Notes under the pieces: generated by a model
What the model saw: the letters and a program-made list of their open reading frames with translations, nothing else
Database searches by the model: none
What the model was told of the DNA's origin: nothing
Translations under genes and position numbers: made by a program
Source: Candidatus Latescibacterota bacterium
Lineage (GTDB): Bacteria > Latescibacterota > UBA2968 > GCA-2709665
DNA: 64,000 nt
Direction of reading: 5' to 3'
Assembly (NCBI GenBank): GCA_965203805.1
Contig: OZ241917.1
Coordinates: 4,160,001 to 4,224,000, forward strand
Shown: piece by piece, positions 1 through 9,450 of the stretch
How positions within the stretch are numbered: position 1 is the first letter of the stretch
How the letters are laid out: every line of letters starts with the position of its first letter

Positions 1-57
1 TGACAGGACAAACTATACCACGTACTTTTCCGCTAAACAACACCGGAGAAGTACACT

Positions 58-297
58 ATGTTACAGAAAATTCTCAGTAATGATTACTTCCAAATGCTCA
101 TCTTTCTATTAGCGCTGACAGGCTTAGTGTGGGGCACCGTGTGGACACTTAATACCAGACTTGAAGACAGACTCACTCAGCGGATAGACAGACTTGAAGA
201 CAATATGAACAGTCGTTTCGAAAAGATCGACGCTCGCCTGGACTCCTTCGGTGAACGTATTGCCAAAAACGAAGCCAGATTAGAAACCTCCCAATAA
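58..297 (+). CDS. Small protein with N-terminal membrane anchor and coiled coil
   Basis: GGAG RBS; hydrophobic segment followed by heptad-like RLEDRL/RIDRLE/RFEKID repeats. Confidence 0.7.
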   Translation: MLQKILSNDYFQMLIFLLALTGLVWGTVWTLNTRLEDRLTQRIDRLEDNMNSRFEKIDARLDSFGERIAKNEARLETSQ

Positions 298-483
298 CCC
301 CCGCCTGCATCTACCCTCTCAAGTTACGTCGATAATCCCCTACCGCTTCTTCTGCGGATCGAAGCTCTTCACTTCCACCTCAAAAACCTCAGCCCGCGCC
401 AACTCCTCTGGCGTAGCGCCTATACTAACGTCCTCCTGTTCGTTCCGTGAGGCGTGGAATATGTCTTCCAATCCGGGTGTCGC

Positions 484-783
484 TTATTTCCTGAAAAATT
501 TCCTCCAAAGTTGCAACTCCCGCTCAATCAGTTCGCAAATCTGGTTTTCCCCGCCAGTTATTTCGATCCTTTTCCTTTTGTTGTTTTCTAATCTGGCGGT
601 GATTGCAGGCTTGAAATCTACTTTTCTGTTTGGGCTTGCCTGTGTGACGCGGACGATTCGAGTGTAGCCACCTCCATCTTCAATCCAAAAGGACCACCCG
701 TATTTAAGTGGTTTTGATTGCAGGTCAGGAAAATTGGATTCGATGATCTCTTTAATCTGATCAACACTCATCGTCGGTTGCAT
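484..783 (-). CDS. Hypothetical protein (99 aa)
   Basis: AGAGG RBS, ATG start, protein-like composition. Confidence 0.6.
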   Translation of the reverse strand: MQPTMSVDQIKEIIESNFPDLQSKPLKYGWSFWIEDGGGYTRIVRVTQASPNRKVDFKPAITARLENNKRKRIEITGGENQICELIERELQLWRKFFRK

Positions 784-1096
784 ATTACCTCTCTATCTTC
801 CCTTCGATTATTTCCAGAACCTTGCTCATGGTATAACCCCCTCGAAAAATTGTTCAGAAAATTCTTGCGTCTTGTCAAGTGAAAATATTATAATGTGCCC
901 GTCTTCATACTGGCAGACCCGCATGTCGGGTAGCCTACCGAATACAATAGCCGACTTCTCAAGGCAAGGGTCGCTCCCTTTCCTGGTGAATACGTAGGGC
1001 CTTCCCGCATACCTCTGCGAGTATGGAGACACTACCCGGCACCCTCTACCGGGGTGCCAAACCGTGCTCACCGTCTCACTCCGGAGGGATGCATTT

Positions 1097-2305
1097 ATGT
1101 ATCGGTCACTCGCATTCGTAGAGATAGAGAGAATGAACAGTAAGCGAATCGACAAACTGGAAAAGCAGGTTCATTATCAGAAGTGGGGTCTTATTGTATT
1201 GATGAGTTTGTTTTTATTTACTTCGACTCCTGGAATTACTGAGATAACGCAAAGGGTTTTATTACCCAAAGAATTACTCACGGAATCACTTTCCGGTATC
1301 TATTCACAAAAAACAATAGGTGATGTACCAGAATCTCCCTTGAGAGTTACACCTGCTAAGAAGATAGCTCAAGCGGCAGGAGATATATTGACTGTCAGTC
1401 AAATAAATGTTGTCGATGCTATAGGTAGAACACTTGCCCAAATTGGATCAGATTCCGATGGTAATGGAGGCATATGGTTATACAATCTTAAAGGCAACGT
1501 AGTAATGTGGTTAGGGAGTGATCAGAATCTACATGGTGCCCTAACAGCTTCCACTAGTAATGAAGTAACTGTGGCAACTATTCAGTCAGTAGTTGATGAG
1601 GAAGATCAGAATATTGTAACGGGAAGGGTAACAGTACAAGGTTCAGGAGATTCTGCGGCAACGCTCGGTGCGGATGAATTCGGAGATGGTTATACAGCTG
1701 TATTCAATAGACAAGGTCAGGTTGTTGCTTACCAGGGTATCGATAGGTTGGGTAATGGTAATATCTTAGCGTACAACAAACAAGGCGAAACTATAGCTTC
1801 TATAGGGGCCTCCAGCGAAGGCACTGGCTATTTGAGCGTGTTCGAACGAGGAAATCTCGTTGCGAATTTGGCTGCTTTTAAAGACGTAGGGGGGGGATTG
1901 CGACTGACGAATAAGAATGGCAGAACAGTTGTTGCGCTGGGGCCCAGTATCGGAAATACTGGTGTCATTAGTGTTATAAGCACAACTGGTGAACCAAGAG
2001 CAATTGCTTTGATAGGCGCTGATTCTGTTGATAGCGGCTTATTGGCTGTTCTAGATGCAACTGGAGAACCAACGGCTTTAATGACCAATAGATATTTGGG
2101 TATTGCTGAACACCAATTTGAAGCGTATATAGATGATAATGGAAACGGTGTGGTCGAAACACGATCAGCGAATGGTGATATTCGCTGGTCTTCAGAAACT
2201 GTAGTGCAGCCATCGGGATTATTGGGCGATTTGGATGGAGACGGTGATGTTGATTTTAACGACTTCCTCGCATTCGCACAGAATTTCGGAAAAGAGGGCG
2301 GTTAA
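1097..2305 (+). CDS. Membrane-anchored beta-repeat protein with C-terminal dockerin/EF-hand-like module
   Basis: GGAGGG RBS 8 nt before ATG 1097; TM segment; ~23-aa GxGxLxLxNxxGxxVAxLG repeats; ends GDLDGDGDVDFNDFLAFAQNFG. Confidence 0.8.
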   Translation: MYRSLAFVEIERMNSKRIDKLEKQVHYQKWGLIVLMSLFLFTSTPGITEITQRVLLPKELLTESLSGIYSQKTIGDVPESPLRVTPAKKIAQAAGDILTVSQINVVDAIGRTLAQIGSDSDGNGGIWLYNLKGNVVMWLGSDQNLHGALTASTSNEVTVATIQSVVDEEDQNIVTGRVTVQGSGDSAATLGADEFGDGYTAVFNRQGQVVAYQGIDRLGNGNILAYNKQGETIASIGASSEGTGYLSVFERGNLVANLAAFKDVGGGLRLTNKNGRTVVALGPSIGNTGVISVISTTGEPRAIALIGADSVDSGLLAVLDATGEPTALMTNRYLGIAEHQFEAYIDDNGNGVVETRSANGDIRWSSETVVQPSGLLGDLDGDGDVDFNDFLAFAQNFGKEGG

Positions 2306-2346
2306 ACAACAAGCCCGGAGAACCATAATCTCTGGGCTTGTTGTTT
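2304..2346. terminator. Bidirectional intrinsic terminator
   Basis: AAACAACAAGCCCGGAGA...TCTCTGGGCTTGTTGTTT inverted repeat at the stop codon. Confidence 0.7.
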
Positions 2347-2364
2347 AACACAATTGTACTTATA

Positions 2365-2433
2365 CTATCGCCGTCTGGGTGGTCGTCGTTTATGGCGTTT
2401 CACGCTAACGATCTTGCGACGTTTTCGTGGAAT
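2365..2433 (-). CDS. Putative Arg/Lys-rich small peptide (IPRKRRKIVSVKRHKRRPPRRR)
   Basis: AGGAGGTGA RBS before an ATT codon (in-frame ATG also at 2472); converges on the terminator. Confidence 0.4.
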   Translation of the reverse strand: MPRKRRKIVSVKRHKRRPPRRR

Positions 2434-2869
2434 ACTGATCACCTCCTGTGGGACGGATTGATGCTCATTCATCAGTCCGTCTTTTTCATATATTATCTAC
2501 GGGCTGATACGCTTTTGGACTTCATGTTTTTAGGCGTCCAGCAATGTGAAAGCGCCTCTCGCCGGACCTGCGGAACCTTCCCAACCGAGCGCCGTAATTC
2601 AGCCGAAGAGATATCTTGTCGGGGTGTTCCTCATTTCCGCTATTCAACAACTCGGCATGAATTTCTCGTGCCGTCATGCCACGATCGCCGCCCACCTCCA
2701 GTAAACCCTCATATCATCCCCCACAAAAAAAGGGACCATAGCCCTAAGTCAAATGTGACTTTGGGTTATAATCCCCTATTTTTCTGTTTCATTTTGCGCC
2801 TCCTGTAACTTCCGTCGAACGTCGAGAGAGGAAGATCAACGACAATCCTTTAAGTTCTCGGTCGTTCCG

Positions 2870-3170
2870 ACAAGAAAGCCGATGCGGTCGAGGCGCCCGC
2901 CAGTCTGCGTGCGTGCTACACCTGCCTGCGCCTGCCTGTCCCGTTGGAACGGCAGACAGGCCAAGCCCCGCGCGGCATGCAGGCGCACAGGCAGGCGCTC
3001 CCAGGGAAGACGGTCGCCATCAGGGCAGGGCCCTGTCCCCCAACCGGCGCGACGATCTGCCTGCCTGCGACGCACAGGCAGGTGCCGCAGTCGCATTTGT
3101 AAGGGCGACCGGCCGGTCGCCCCTACAGCAGAGATTCGTCACGCGGGCGGTTCGCGAACCGCCCCTACAA
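2870..3170. repeat. REP cluster with nested CCTG...CAGG mini-palindromes
   Basis: GTAAGGGCGACCGGCCGGTCGCCCCTAC (3099-3126) and GGGCGGTTCGCGAACCGCCCCTAC; paralogous to 8190-8330. Confidence 0.85.
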
Positions 3171-3417
3171 AATGGCGCAGACATAGCTGACTGAAATCCC
3201 GTGTCCGTATCGTTAACCGGTCTTTACCGTATGCTCTGCGCAGACCACCAAGAAACGCGGACGATCCATGGATCGCCCGCGTTTCTATAGCAAGTGACGC
3301 TGCAGTAGACGTCTTGCTTCTCACTTCAACTGGTTCAGACCGCGAAGCTTCGTCCGCAGAGGCGGATACCTACGGTGAATCGGAGCAAATGGCTAAATCA
3401 GTTCAGTGACCGATCTG

Positions 3418-6400
3418 TCATGCTCCGCTACCGAACTCCTGACCGAAAATCAGAAAGTCGCCAAACCCGATCGTGCCGTCCTGATCCAGATCGTACTTTG
3501 CATCATACCTCGCGTCGCCCCGGCTTGCGCCGAAGTGCATCCCAAGCGCCACAAAGTCCCCGAAATCCACCCTGCCGTCTCCGTTGAAGTCCGGCGTCAG
3601 CTGAGCCAGCCTGAGGGTAACGCCGATATCAGAAGGCGTGATGTTTTCGCGCGTGTCTCCCCGTCCCACCTCAGCACGTACGAGCTGTAGTGTGGTTTCA
3701 GATAGCATGTCCGTGGTGCTGAATCGAGCCGTCCCGACAAGTCCGCTGTCGGACGATGCTTGTCCACCGAATGACACGACACTGATCTCCACAGCGGTGG
3801 GGTTCGTGTGATGTTGCGTAAGAATCTGAGCGGATGGAAGAAGGCTGCCTGCATCGAACCCCTGGTAGGCGACTTGAGCGGCCGTGTATTCGAAGCGCGT
3901 GGAGATCCCGTTTGCTCCCCTGATATCGTGGGCGAAAACCTGAATCGGCACGGTCTCTTCGGCGGAAACGTCGAGCGTTGTAACACGTTGATCTCCGGCA
4001 GCGCTATCGCCATCCAGGGAAATCGAGAATGTGGCAGGGGATGGTGTGGAATTAAATGATATGACTTTCGTGGTCTTGATGTTGTTTGACAACGTCTGGC
4101 TTTCGGCAAGCGTCACGACGTCGATGCCAATGGAAAACTCGCGACCGGTTACGTCCACGACCGTCTTGAATTCTCCACGCGCCAGAAACCCCGAACCCGG
4201 CAAGGTGACATTGTTGGTCGCCGCAAAGTATGTGCCGGTCGCTTGTGGGATATTAAAGCCAAACGCACCACTTTCGGCTTTGACAAAGTCCAGCAGCGAA
4301 GAATCGAAGTCAAATTTGACCAACACGCCGGCCAGCGACGTCTTGACACCTGACGCGAAAACTTCGACGGCAATTTTCGTGTCTTTTCCAGAAGCAGTTC
4401 CCGACGTAACGCCATCATTTATCTTATTTCCGGCCCCGCCATCAGGAATCAGATCGAGCGATAACACCGCATCGGCATTGGAGCCGGAAGTCGGCCGAAC
4501 GGACGGGTATTCTGACACGTCCCACAAGCGTATCGTGTTGAAGGCACTTCCGCTGGCCAGGATACTGCCATCCGGCGAAAACGCAACAGACTTCACTTCT
4601 CTCGTATGGCCAGGAAGTGTCGCGATAGGATACCTTGTAGCCGCCACGTCCCACAGTTCAATAGCACCGCCACTCGTCCCAGCGGCCAGCACTGTCCCGA
4701 GGGGTGAAAACGCGACGGACGAGATTCCACCCCTGCTGGATAGGGCGACGATATGTTCTCTTGTAGCCATATCCCACAGGTTTAGCATGTGGTAATGGAA
4801 ACCCGAGATTGATCCCGAGGCGAGAATCTTTCCGTCCGGCGAAAATGCGATTGAATTGAAACCAAAAATTCCGAGATCGACATTATCGATGATTGTTCCG
4901 GATAATGATAACGAGGCGATATGTCGTTTGGTCGTCACGTCCCACAGTTTTATGGCTCCGTCACCACTGGCCGCTGAGGCAAGTGTCGTGCCGTCCGGCG
5001 AGAATACAATGGAAGTGATCCACCCCGTTGGAATAGCATGTCTACCGAGTGTGCCGATATGCTCTCGTGTTGCCAAATTCCACAATTCGATTGTATTGTT
5101 GCCTCCCCCTACCCACGATCCAGACGCGAGCGTTTTGCCGTCAGGCGAAATAGCAATAGAATTCACAAAACGACCATGCTCAAACGCGGTGATCCATTCT
5201 CTCTTCTCCACATTCCATAGTTGAATCAAGCCGATTTCTTGGTTCCCCCAACCTGTCGCGATTGTTCTGCCATCGGGCGAAAACGCCACAACCCTACCAA
5301 GACCCAATGTGGCTATATGGTCTCTGGCTGCCACGTTCCAAAGCTCGACGTTTCTACCATTGGACCCCGCGGCGAGCATTGTACCGTCAGGCGAAAACGC
5401 TACGGAGGCGGGATCATCAGTAGTCCTTAACGTTCCGATATGGTGTGGCGAAATCTCAATCAGGGTAAAAAAACCTCCGTGTGAGTAGTTCCCTTCAACA
5501 TCAACAGCCCGGACGAAGATATCATGTCTTACCGGATTGGAAAGGCTCGTGCCGCTATCAGATGGCAAAACTCCGTCGTAGTCAAATACAACCGCAGCAA
5601 GTGTTTCCCCTTCCAAAACACGGCAGGCCTTTACCTCAAGGGAGCCGGCCGCGGGATGTGGTTGTTTTGTTCTAACGAACAGGAGCACCTGGTTCAGTCC
5701 ATCTGGATCGCTGACATTCAGCCGGATGGAGACAGTTGTTGAGCCCGTTGGATATTCAACTGGTGAAGTAAGTTCTAAGGTGCCGCCCGTTATTCCGTCA
5801 ATAGGTCCGCTGAAGCTGCCATCCGAATTTCCTGCGACGGGGATATTCGGATTAAAATAGGGATGTACCGACAAGAACTCGGAATGGCATTCGGATAAAT
5901 GACGCTGTCTCGGGCCATACGACATGATGTATTCATTATTGTTGAAATCGTGCGACAACCCGAAGGCGTGTCCAAGTTCATGGGCCGCTGTTTCAAAGCT
6001 AAATGCCCCGTGTACCAGAGCGTGACCGCCGACTTTACCCCATGAGATGCCTGTTCCGCCCGCCCGCCGACCACGTGAAGTACCGATCGCATTACTGCTG
6101 TTGTCAACGACGATGAGATAGACATTCGCATCGCGGTCAAATGCATGTTGAATCTCGTCGGGCACTTCGCTTGATGTGTTGTCAAGATAGAAACTATCGG
6201 GGTGTTGACCGTCCACGCGATGGACGACTGGTTCCCCGGATGCATCCGATTCGACGGCAAACGTCTTGTATCCATATCCGTGCTCCTGCATTTGTTCGCC
6301 GTAGAAGGTTTGAATCCGGCGAATGGCTCTCTTCATCGAATCCACGACGCTGGCGCGGAACGGGCGGTCATTGGGTAGGAAATAGATCATCCGCACCGTG

Positions 6401-6594
6401 CGCGGCGGCCCGACGTTCAGATTCAAGGCCTGTTTGCCAGCGGCAAAGATGCTGTCGCGTGCCTGCATCTCTTCGAGGTCGAGGGGCAGGTAAAAATGGA
6501 CGCTGTCAGCCGGCGCGGGTGAGGCGAGGCCGATAGAGGTGAAGCCACCACTGATAAGCGCGTATAGACACGTCAGAAAACATATCTTTCGCAT
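3418..6594 (-). CDS. Secreted multidomain protein: zinc metallopeptidase + WD40 propeller + two cohesin-like domains + dockerin/EF-hand
   Basis: Signal peptide; HELGHAFGLSH metzincin motif; about 7 SVAFSPDG...LWDV repeats; C-terminal DFNGDGRVDFGDF and DLDQDGTIGFGDF. Confidence 0.88.
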   Translation of the reverse strand: MRKICFLTCLYALISGGFTSIGLASPAPADSVHFYLPLDLEEMQARDSIFAAGKQALNLNVGPPRTVRMIYFLPNDRPFRASVVDSMKRAIRRIQTFYGEQMQEHGYGYKTFAVESDASGEPVVHRVDGQHPDSFYLDNTSSEVPDEIQHAFDRDANVYLIVVDNSSNAIGTSRGRRAGGTGISWGKVGGHALVHGAFSFETAAHELGHAFGLSHDFNNNEYIMSYGPRQRHLSECHSEFLSVHPYFNPNIPVAGNSDGSFSGPIDGITGGTLELTSPVEYPTGSTTVSIRLNVSDPDGLNQVLLFVRTKQPHPAAGSLEVKACRVLEGETLAAVVFDYDGVLPSDSGTSLSNPVRHDIFVRAVDVEGNYSHGGFFTLIEISPHHIGTLRTTDDPASVAFSPDGTMLAAGSNGRNVELWNVAARDHIATLGLGRVVAFSPDGRTIATGWGNQEIGLIQLWNVEKREWITAFEHGRFVNSIAISPDGKTLASGSWVGGGNNTIELWNLATREHIGTLGRHAIPTGWITSIVFSPDGTTLASAASGDGAIKLWDVTTKRHIASLSLSGTIIDNVDLGIFGFNSIAFSPDGKILASGSISGFHYHMLNLWDMATREHIVALSSRGGISSVAFSPLGTVLAAGTSGGAIELWDVAATRYPIATLPGHTREVKSVAFSPDGSILASGSAFNTIRLWDVSEYPSVRPTSGSNADAVLSLDLIPDGGAGNKINDGVTSGTASGKDTKIAVEVFASGVKTSLAGVLVKFDFDSSLLDFVKAESGAFGFNIPQATGTYFAATNNVTLPGSGFLARGEFKTVVDVTGREFSIGIDVVTLAESQTLSNNIKTTKVISFNSTPSPATFSISLDGDSAAGDQRVTTLDVSAEETVPIQVFAHDIRGANGISTRFEYTAAQVAYQGFDAGSLLPSAQILTQHHTNPTAVEISVVSFGGQASSDSGLVGTARFSTTDMLSETTLQLVRAEVGRGDTRENITPSDIGVTLRLAQLTPDFNGDGRVDFGDFVALGMHFGASRGDARYDAKYDLDQDGTIGFGDFLIFGQEFGSGA

Positions 6595-6833
6595 CGGACT
6601 AAACTCCCTGTGCGCTCGATTGATTGAATTCCCTGGCGGTTGAAACGTCACAGTGTAGTTTCAAGGCTGCCGCAAAGTCAATACCAACGTGAGGCGAATT
6701 CCGGGTAGATTGCATTTTCGTTCCATTCAGGGATGTTGTCCAAAGCAGAAGTCGGCGGAAAGGGCAGTTGTCCGGTACCTGACGAAGCGGTTTCCTCTTG
6801 ATCTGGTTCTTTAACCTGCGAAGTCTGGCGGCC

Positions 6834-7649
6834 TTAGATCGAATTCCTGTTTTGCTCATCGCGTTGCAGAAGCCCACAGAGCGCGGACGACCACTTGACC
6901 GCGTCATAGGCCGTCTGGCGGATAGCAGGCTTTGAACCGTGCGTATCTCCCATCGCACGGCGGAGTACCTGGAGCGCGTGCGCTGCGTGGTTGCTTGCCT
7001 TCTTCAGGTGTTGAACTGCCGCTGAAGCATCCTCAGAATCCATCCCGATGCTGACGAACTCCTTGCTCATCTCCTCGAAGACGTCCAGCCGCTTCAGGGC
7101 GGTATTTACCTTGGTCTGAAATGAAGCCGTTCCCGGATTTCCAAGGCCGTGATCTTTGTAAATGGTTTGAGTCACAAGGTCCACCGCGCCACAGGCGGAA
7201 GTGATGGCGCCACTGTAATCGCCATCAATAAGCCGTGACATTGCCCGACCGAGTTCATTCGCAGTAGATCGAGGCAAGAAACGGGCTTCACGTGAATCGA
7301 ACTCCCGTACGGGAACAAAATTGCCATCGATAAACTGATAACCGTGCCGGCCCAGTATATATTGAACACTGGCATCCAATTCAGCGTTTTTTCCTGTAAG
7401 GCGCTCCGCCAGAATACATAATGCCGTATCCTGTGCAGCCTGGCTCATCTCTCCGAATAGTCGGTCCACTGCCGGCATCACCTCCGCTCTGCTGCCCAGG
7501 CCGCTCCGCGCTTCGGCTTTCGCCGTAATCTGCGAGACGTCGAATCCGGCTGCGGCTGCCGTATTTCTGATTTCTTGAACGGGTAGTTTATTGAGTTCGG
7601 AGCGGAGAGGGCCGTACAACCGCGTCCTATCAACGCTTGGTAATGACAT
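6834..7649 (-). CDS. Abortive-infection family protein (Abi_C/HEPN-like C-terminus)
   Basis: AITSACGAVD and LRRAMGDTHG motifs; GGAG RBS. Confidence 0.65.
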   Translation of the reverse strand: MSLPSVDRTRLYGPLRSELNKLPVQEIRNTAAAAGFDVSQITAKAEARSGLGSRAEVMPAVDRLFGEMSQAAQDTALCILAERLTGKNAELDASVQYILGRHGYQFIDGNFVPVREFDSREARFLPRSTANELGRAMSRLIDGDYSGAITSACGAVDLVTQTIYKDHGLGNPGTASFQTKVNTALKRLDVFEEMSKEFVSIGMDSEDASAAVQHLKKASNHAAHALQVLRRAMGDTHGSKPAIRQTAYDAVKWSSALCGLLQRDEQNRNSI

Positions 7650-7856
7650 GGTTCTTCTCCTGTCTGCAATACCGTTGGATTCAACGTGCGCCAAACGGTT
7701 GTGATCCCGGCGTCACTTTACCAATCCCATCTGGCGTCCATGTCGCAGTGCGCGATTCTTAAGAGTCGGGGATATTTCTCTTGAACAGCACGCGTTTAAA
7801 CTGTTACGCACGATTTCGATCTAAAGTGAATCGGCAGCAACAATAGGGCTCGTCGT

Positions 7857-8087
7857 TCAGTTTTCTTCAAGTATTTGCGACAGTTGATTCAGAACTTCCT
7901 GCCATTCCTTTTTGACAAATTCAAAAAGCCCATTTGCTAGTTGGGGCAGGTCACCTCTGTTGTCCGCAAACCAACTCTCGTGGCGTTCCGATACACGATT
8001 GCGATACCCTGAACCTCTGCCCCATTGATCATCGCAACTAACCCAGTGTTTTCCATCGGGTTTCATATATCTGGTCTCAGGCGTCAC
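7857..8087 (-). pseudogene. Probable 3' gene fragment truncated by the repeat cluster
   Basis: Short protein-like ORF with no RBS, adjoining REP cluster. Confidence 0.3.
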
Positions 8088-8164
8088 CGTCCCGGCTGAT
8101 GCGATCCTTGAAGCACCACTATAAAGTGGGGCATTGTTGCGGTACCAGCCATCCTGCTTTCCAT

Positions 8165-8350
8165 CGAGGGCAGGATGCCCTCGTTCCCGGCAAAAAGGCC
8201 GATGCGGGCGAGACGCCCGCGCTCCCAGGGGAGACTGGCCGTCGCGCGGCAGGCAGGCGCCGTCTTTGCATTTCTAGGGGCGACCGGCCGGTCGCCCCTA
8301 CAGCGGCGCACGGGCGGTTCGCGAACCGTTCCATCCTGTTCATCCATGTT
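8165..8350. repeat. REP cluster (empty-site paralog of 2870-3170)
   Basis: GCGGGCGAGACGCCCGCGCTCCCAGGG, TAGGGGCGACCGGCCGGTCGCCCCTAC, GGGCGGTTCGCGAACCG. Confidence 0.85.
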
Positions 8351-8377
8351 GCATCCTTGACGTCACGCATGTCATCA

Positions 8378-9103
8378 TCAATTTTTCGGCTTGTAGTCGT
8401 CTCGCTCATAGTCGACAGGTCGGAAGCCCTTTTCAATGAGGCTGAAATCGCAACGTACTCGCATCCATGCCCGCGCGTATGTCAATACCGTATCAAGGTT
8501 CTGAACGCTCTGGACTTCCAGGTTTACACTTGCTCCCAGAAGACATCTGTAGTGCTTTCGCAAGATGCCGTCCACAATCTTCATGAGATCGTCAATCTCA
8601 GCGTCGTGTAAAGGATAGTCGCTTCCGATTGAATTCGTATTGTCGAAGTATTTCCTGTCCAAATGGACAATCGCTTTGTCTCTGTGCGCCTTTATTCGGT
8701 CTATGGCGTTCTCCTTTGCGTGCAGTTGGGCGATGTGATCATCTATTATGGCGCGATACGATTCGGGCTTTATTGGCTGAATTACTGAATGCGTTGTATA
8801 GTCACCTGTTGGCTTCATTGATTCGGCGTGTTCCCGCGCCTTATTCAACCAGTCTCGGAGCGACCTTTGCTCTGTCTGCGAGAGGAACATTGACAACTCG
8901 ACAAGAAAAATTCGCCATATACTGTACGTGGCATGCTGGAAGAAATAGTGACCAAGGTTGAAGGCATCAATGTTGTCAAGGGACAGCGGATTCGAGTTCC
9001 AGGTCGCAATGCTATTGAGTTGCTGGTCCAGGCTCTTGATGTTGAGATAGCGATAAATGAGCTTCTTGAAATAGTTCCGAAGTTCATCGTGCGGATTTTT
9101 CAT
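8378..9103 (-). CDS. HEPN-like (AbiU2-type) helical protein
   Basis: AGGAGG RBS; HRDKAIVHLD R...H motif; lower GC. Confidence 0.65.
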   Translation of the reverse strand: MKNPHDELRNYFKKLIYRYLNIKSLDQQLNSIATWNSNPLSLDNIDAFNLGHYFFQHATYSIWRIFLVELSMFLSQTEQRSLRDWLNKAREHAESMKPTGDYTTHSVIQPIKPESYRAIIDDHIAQLHAKENAIDRIKAHRDKAIVHLDRKYFDNTNSIGSDYPLHDAEIDDLMKIVDGILRKHYRCLLGASVNLEVQSVQNLDTVLTYARAWMRVRCDFSLIEKGFRPVDYERDDYKPKN

Positions 9104-9199
9104 TAGTAACAACCTCCTATATGTGATTCGGGGATGCTGCGACCGCCATTTCTTCGCTGAATTATGTGTAGTCTTTCCGATGCCCCGATTGAAAAGCAG

Positions 9200-9300
9200 A
9201 CCACCGGCGCGGCGACCTGGCTTGCCCTGTATGCGCCCGTCTGTGCTGCAGGCACGCGCTGTCTTTGCATTGCACGGGCGGTTCGCGAACCGCCCCTTGC
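9200..9300. repeat. Degenerate REP cluster
   Basis: GGGCGGTTCGCGAACCGCCCC plus flanks similar to 3040-3170. Confidence 0.65.
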
Positions 9301-9450
9301 CGTTTCGTCAACGCGTTTGGATTTTCAAGGAACGCGTCAAAAAGGGATTGCTTGCGGCATCGTCGCGTTCTAACATAGTGTAGAGTGCATGGAAGTCGTC
9401 AAAACGGCCCGGGCTATTAACGGCGCCTTCAGCGCGAAAGAGGTGAGGTC

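Noticed and set aside
2836-3324. ORFs over repeat clusters (also 8084-8611, 10826-11113, 18760-19547, 30430-30681)
   Set aside because: They are translations of REP and mini-palindrome DNA (GATGRSPL, PAC..QAG) with no coding signal.
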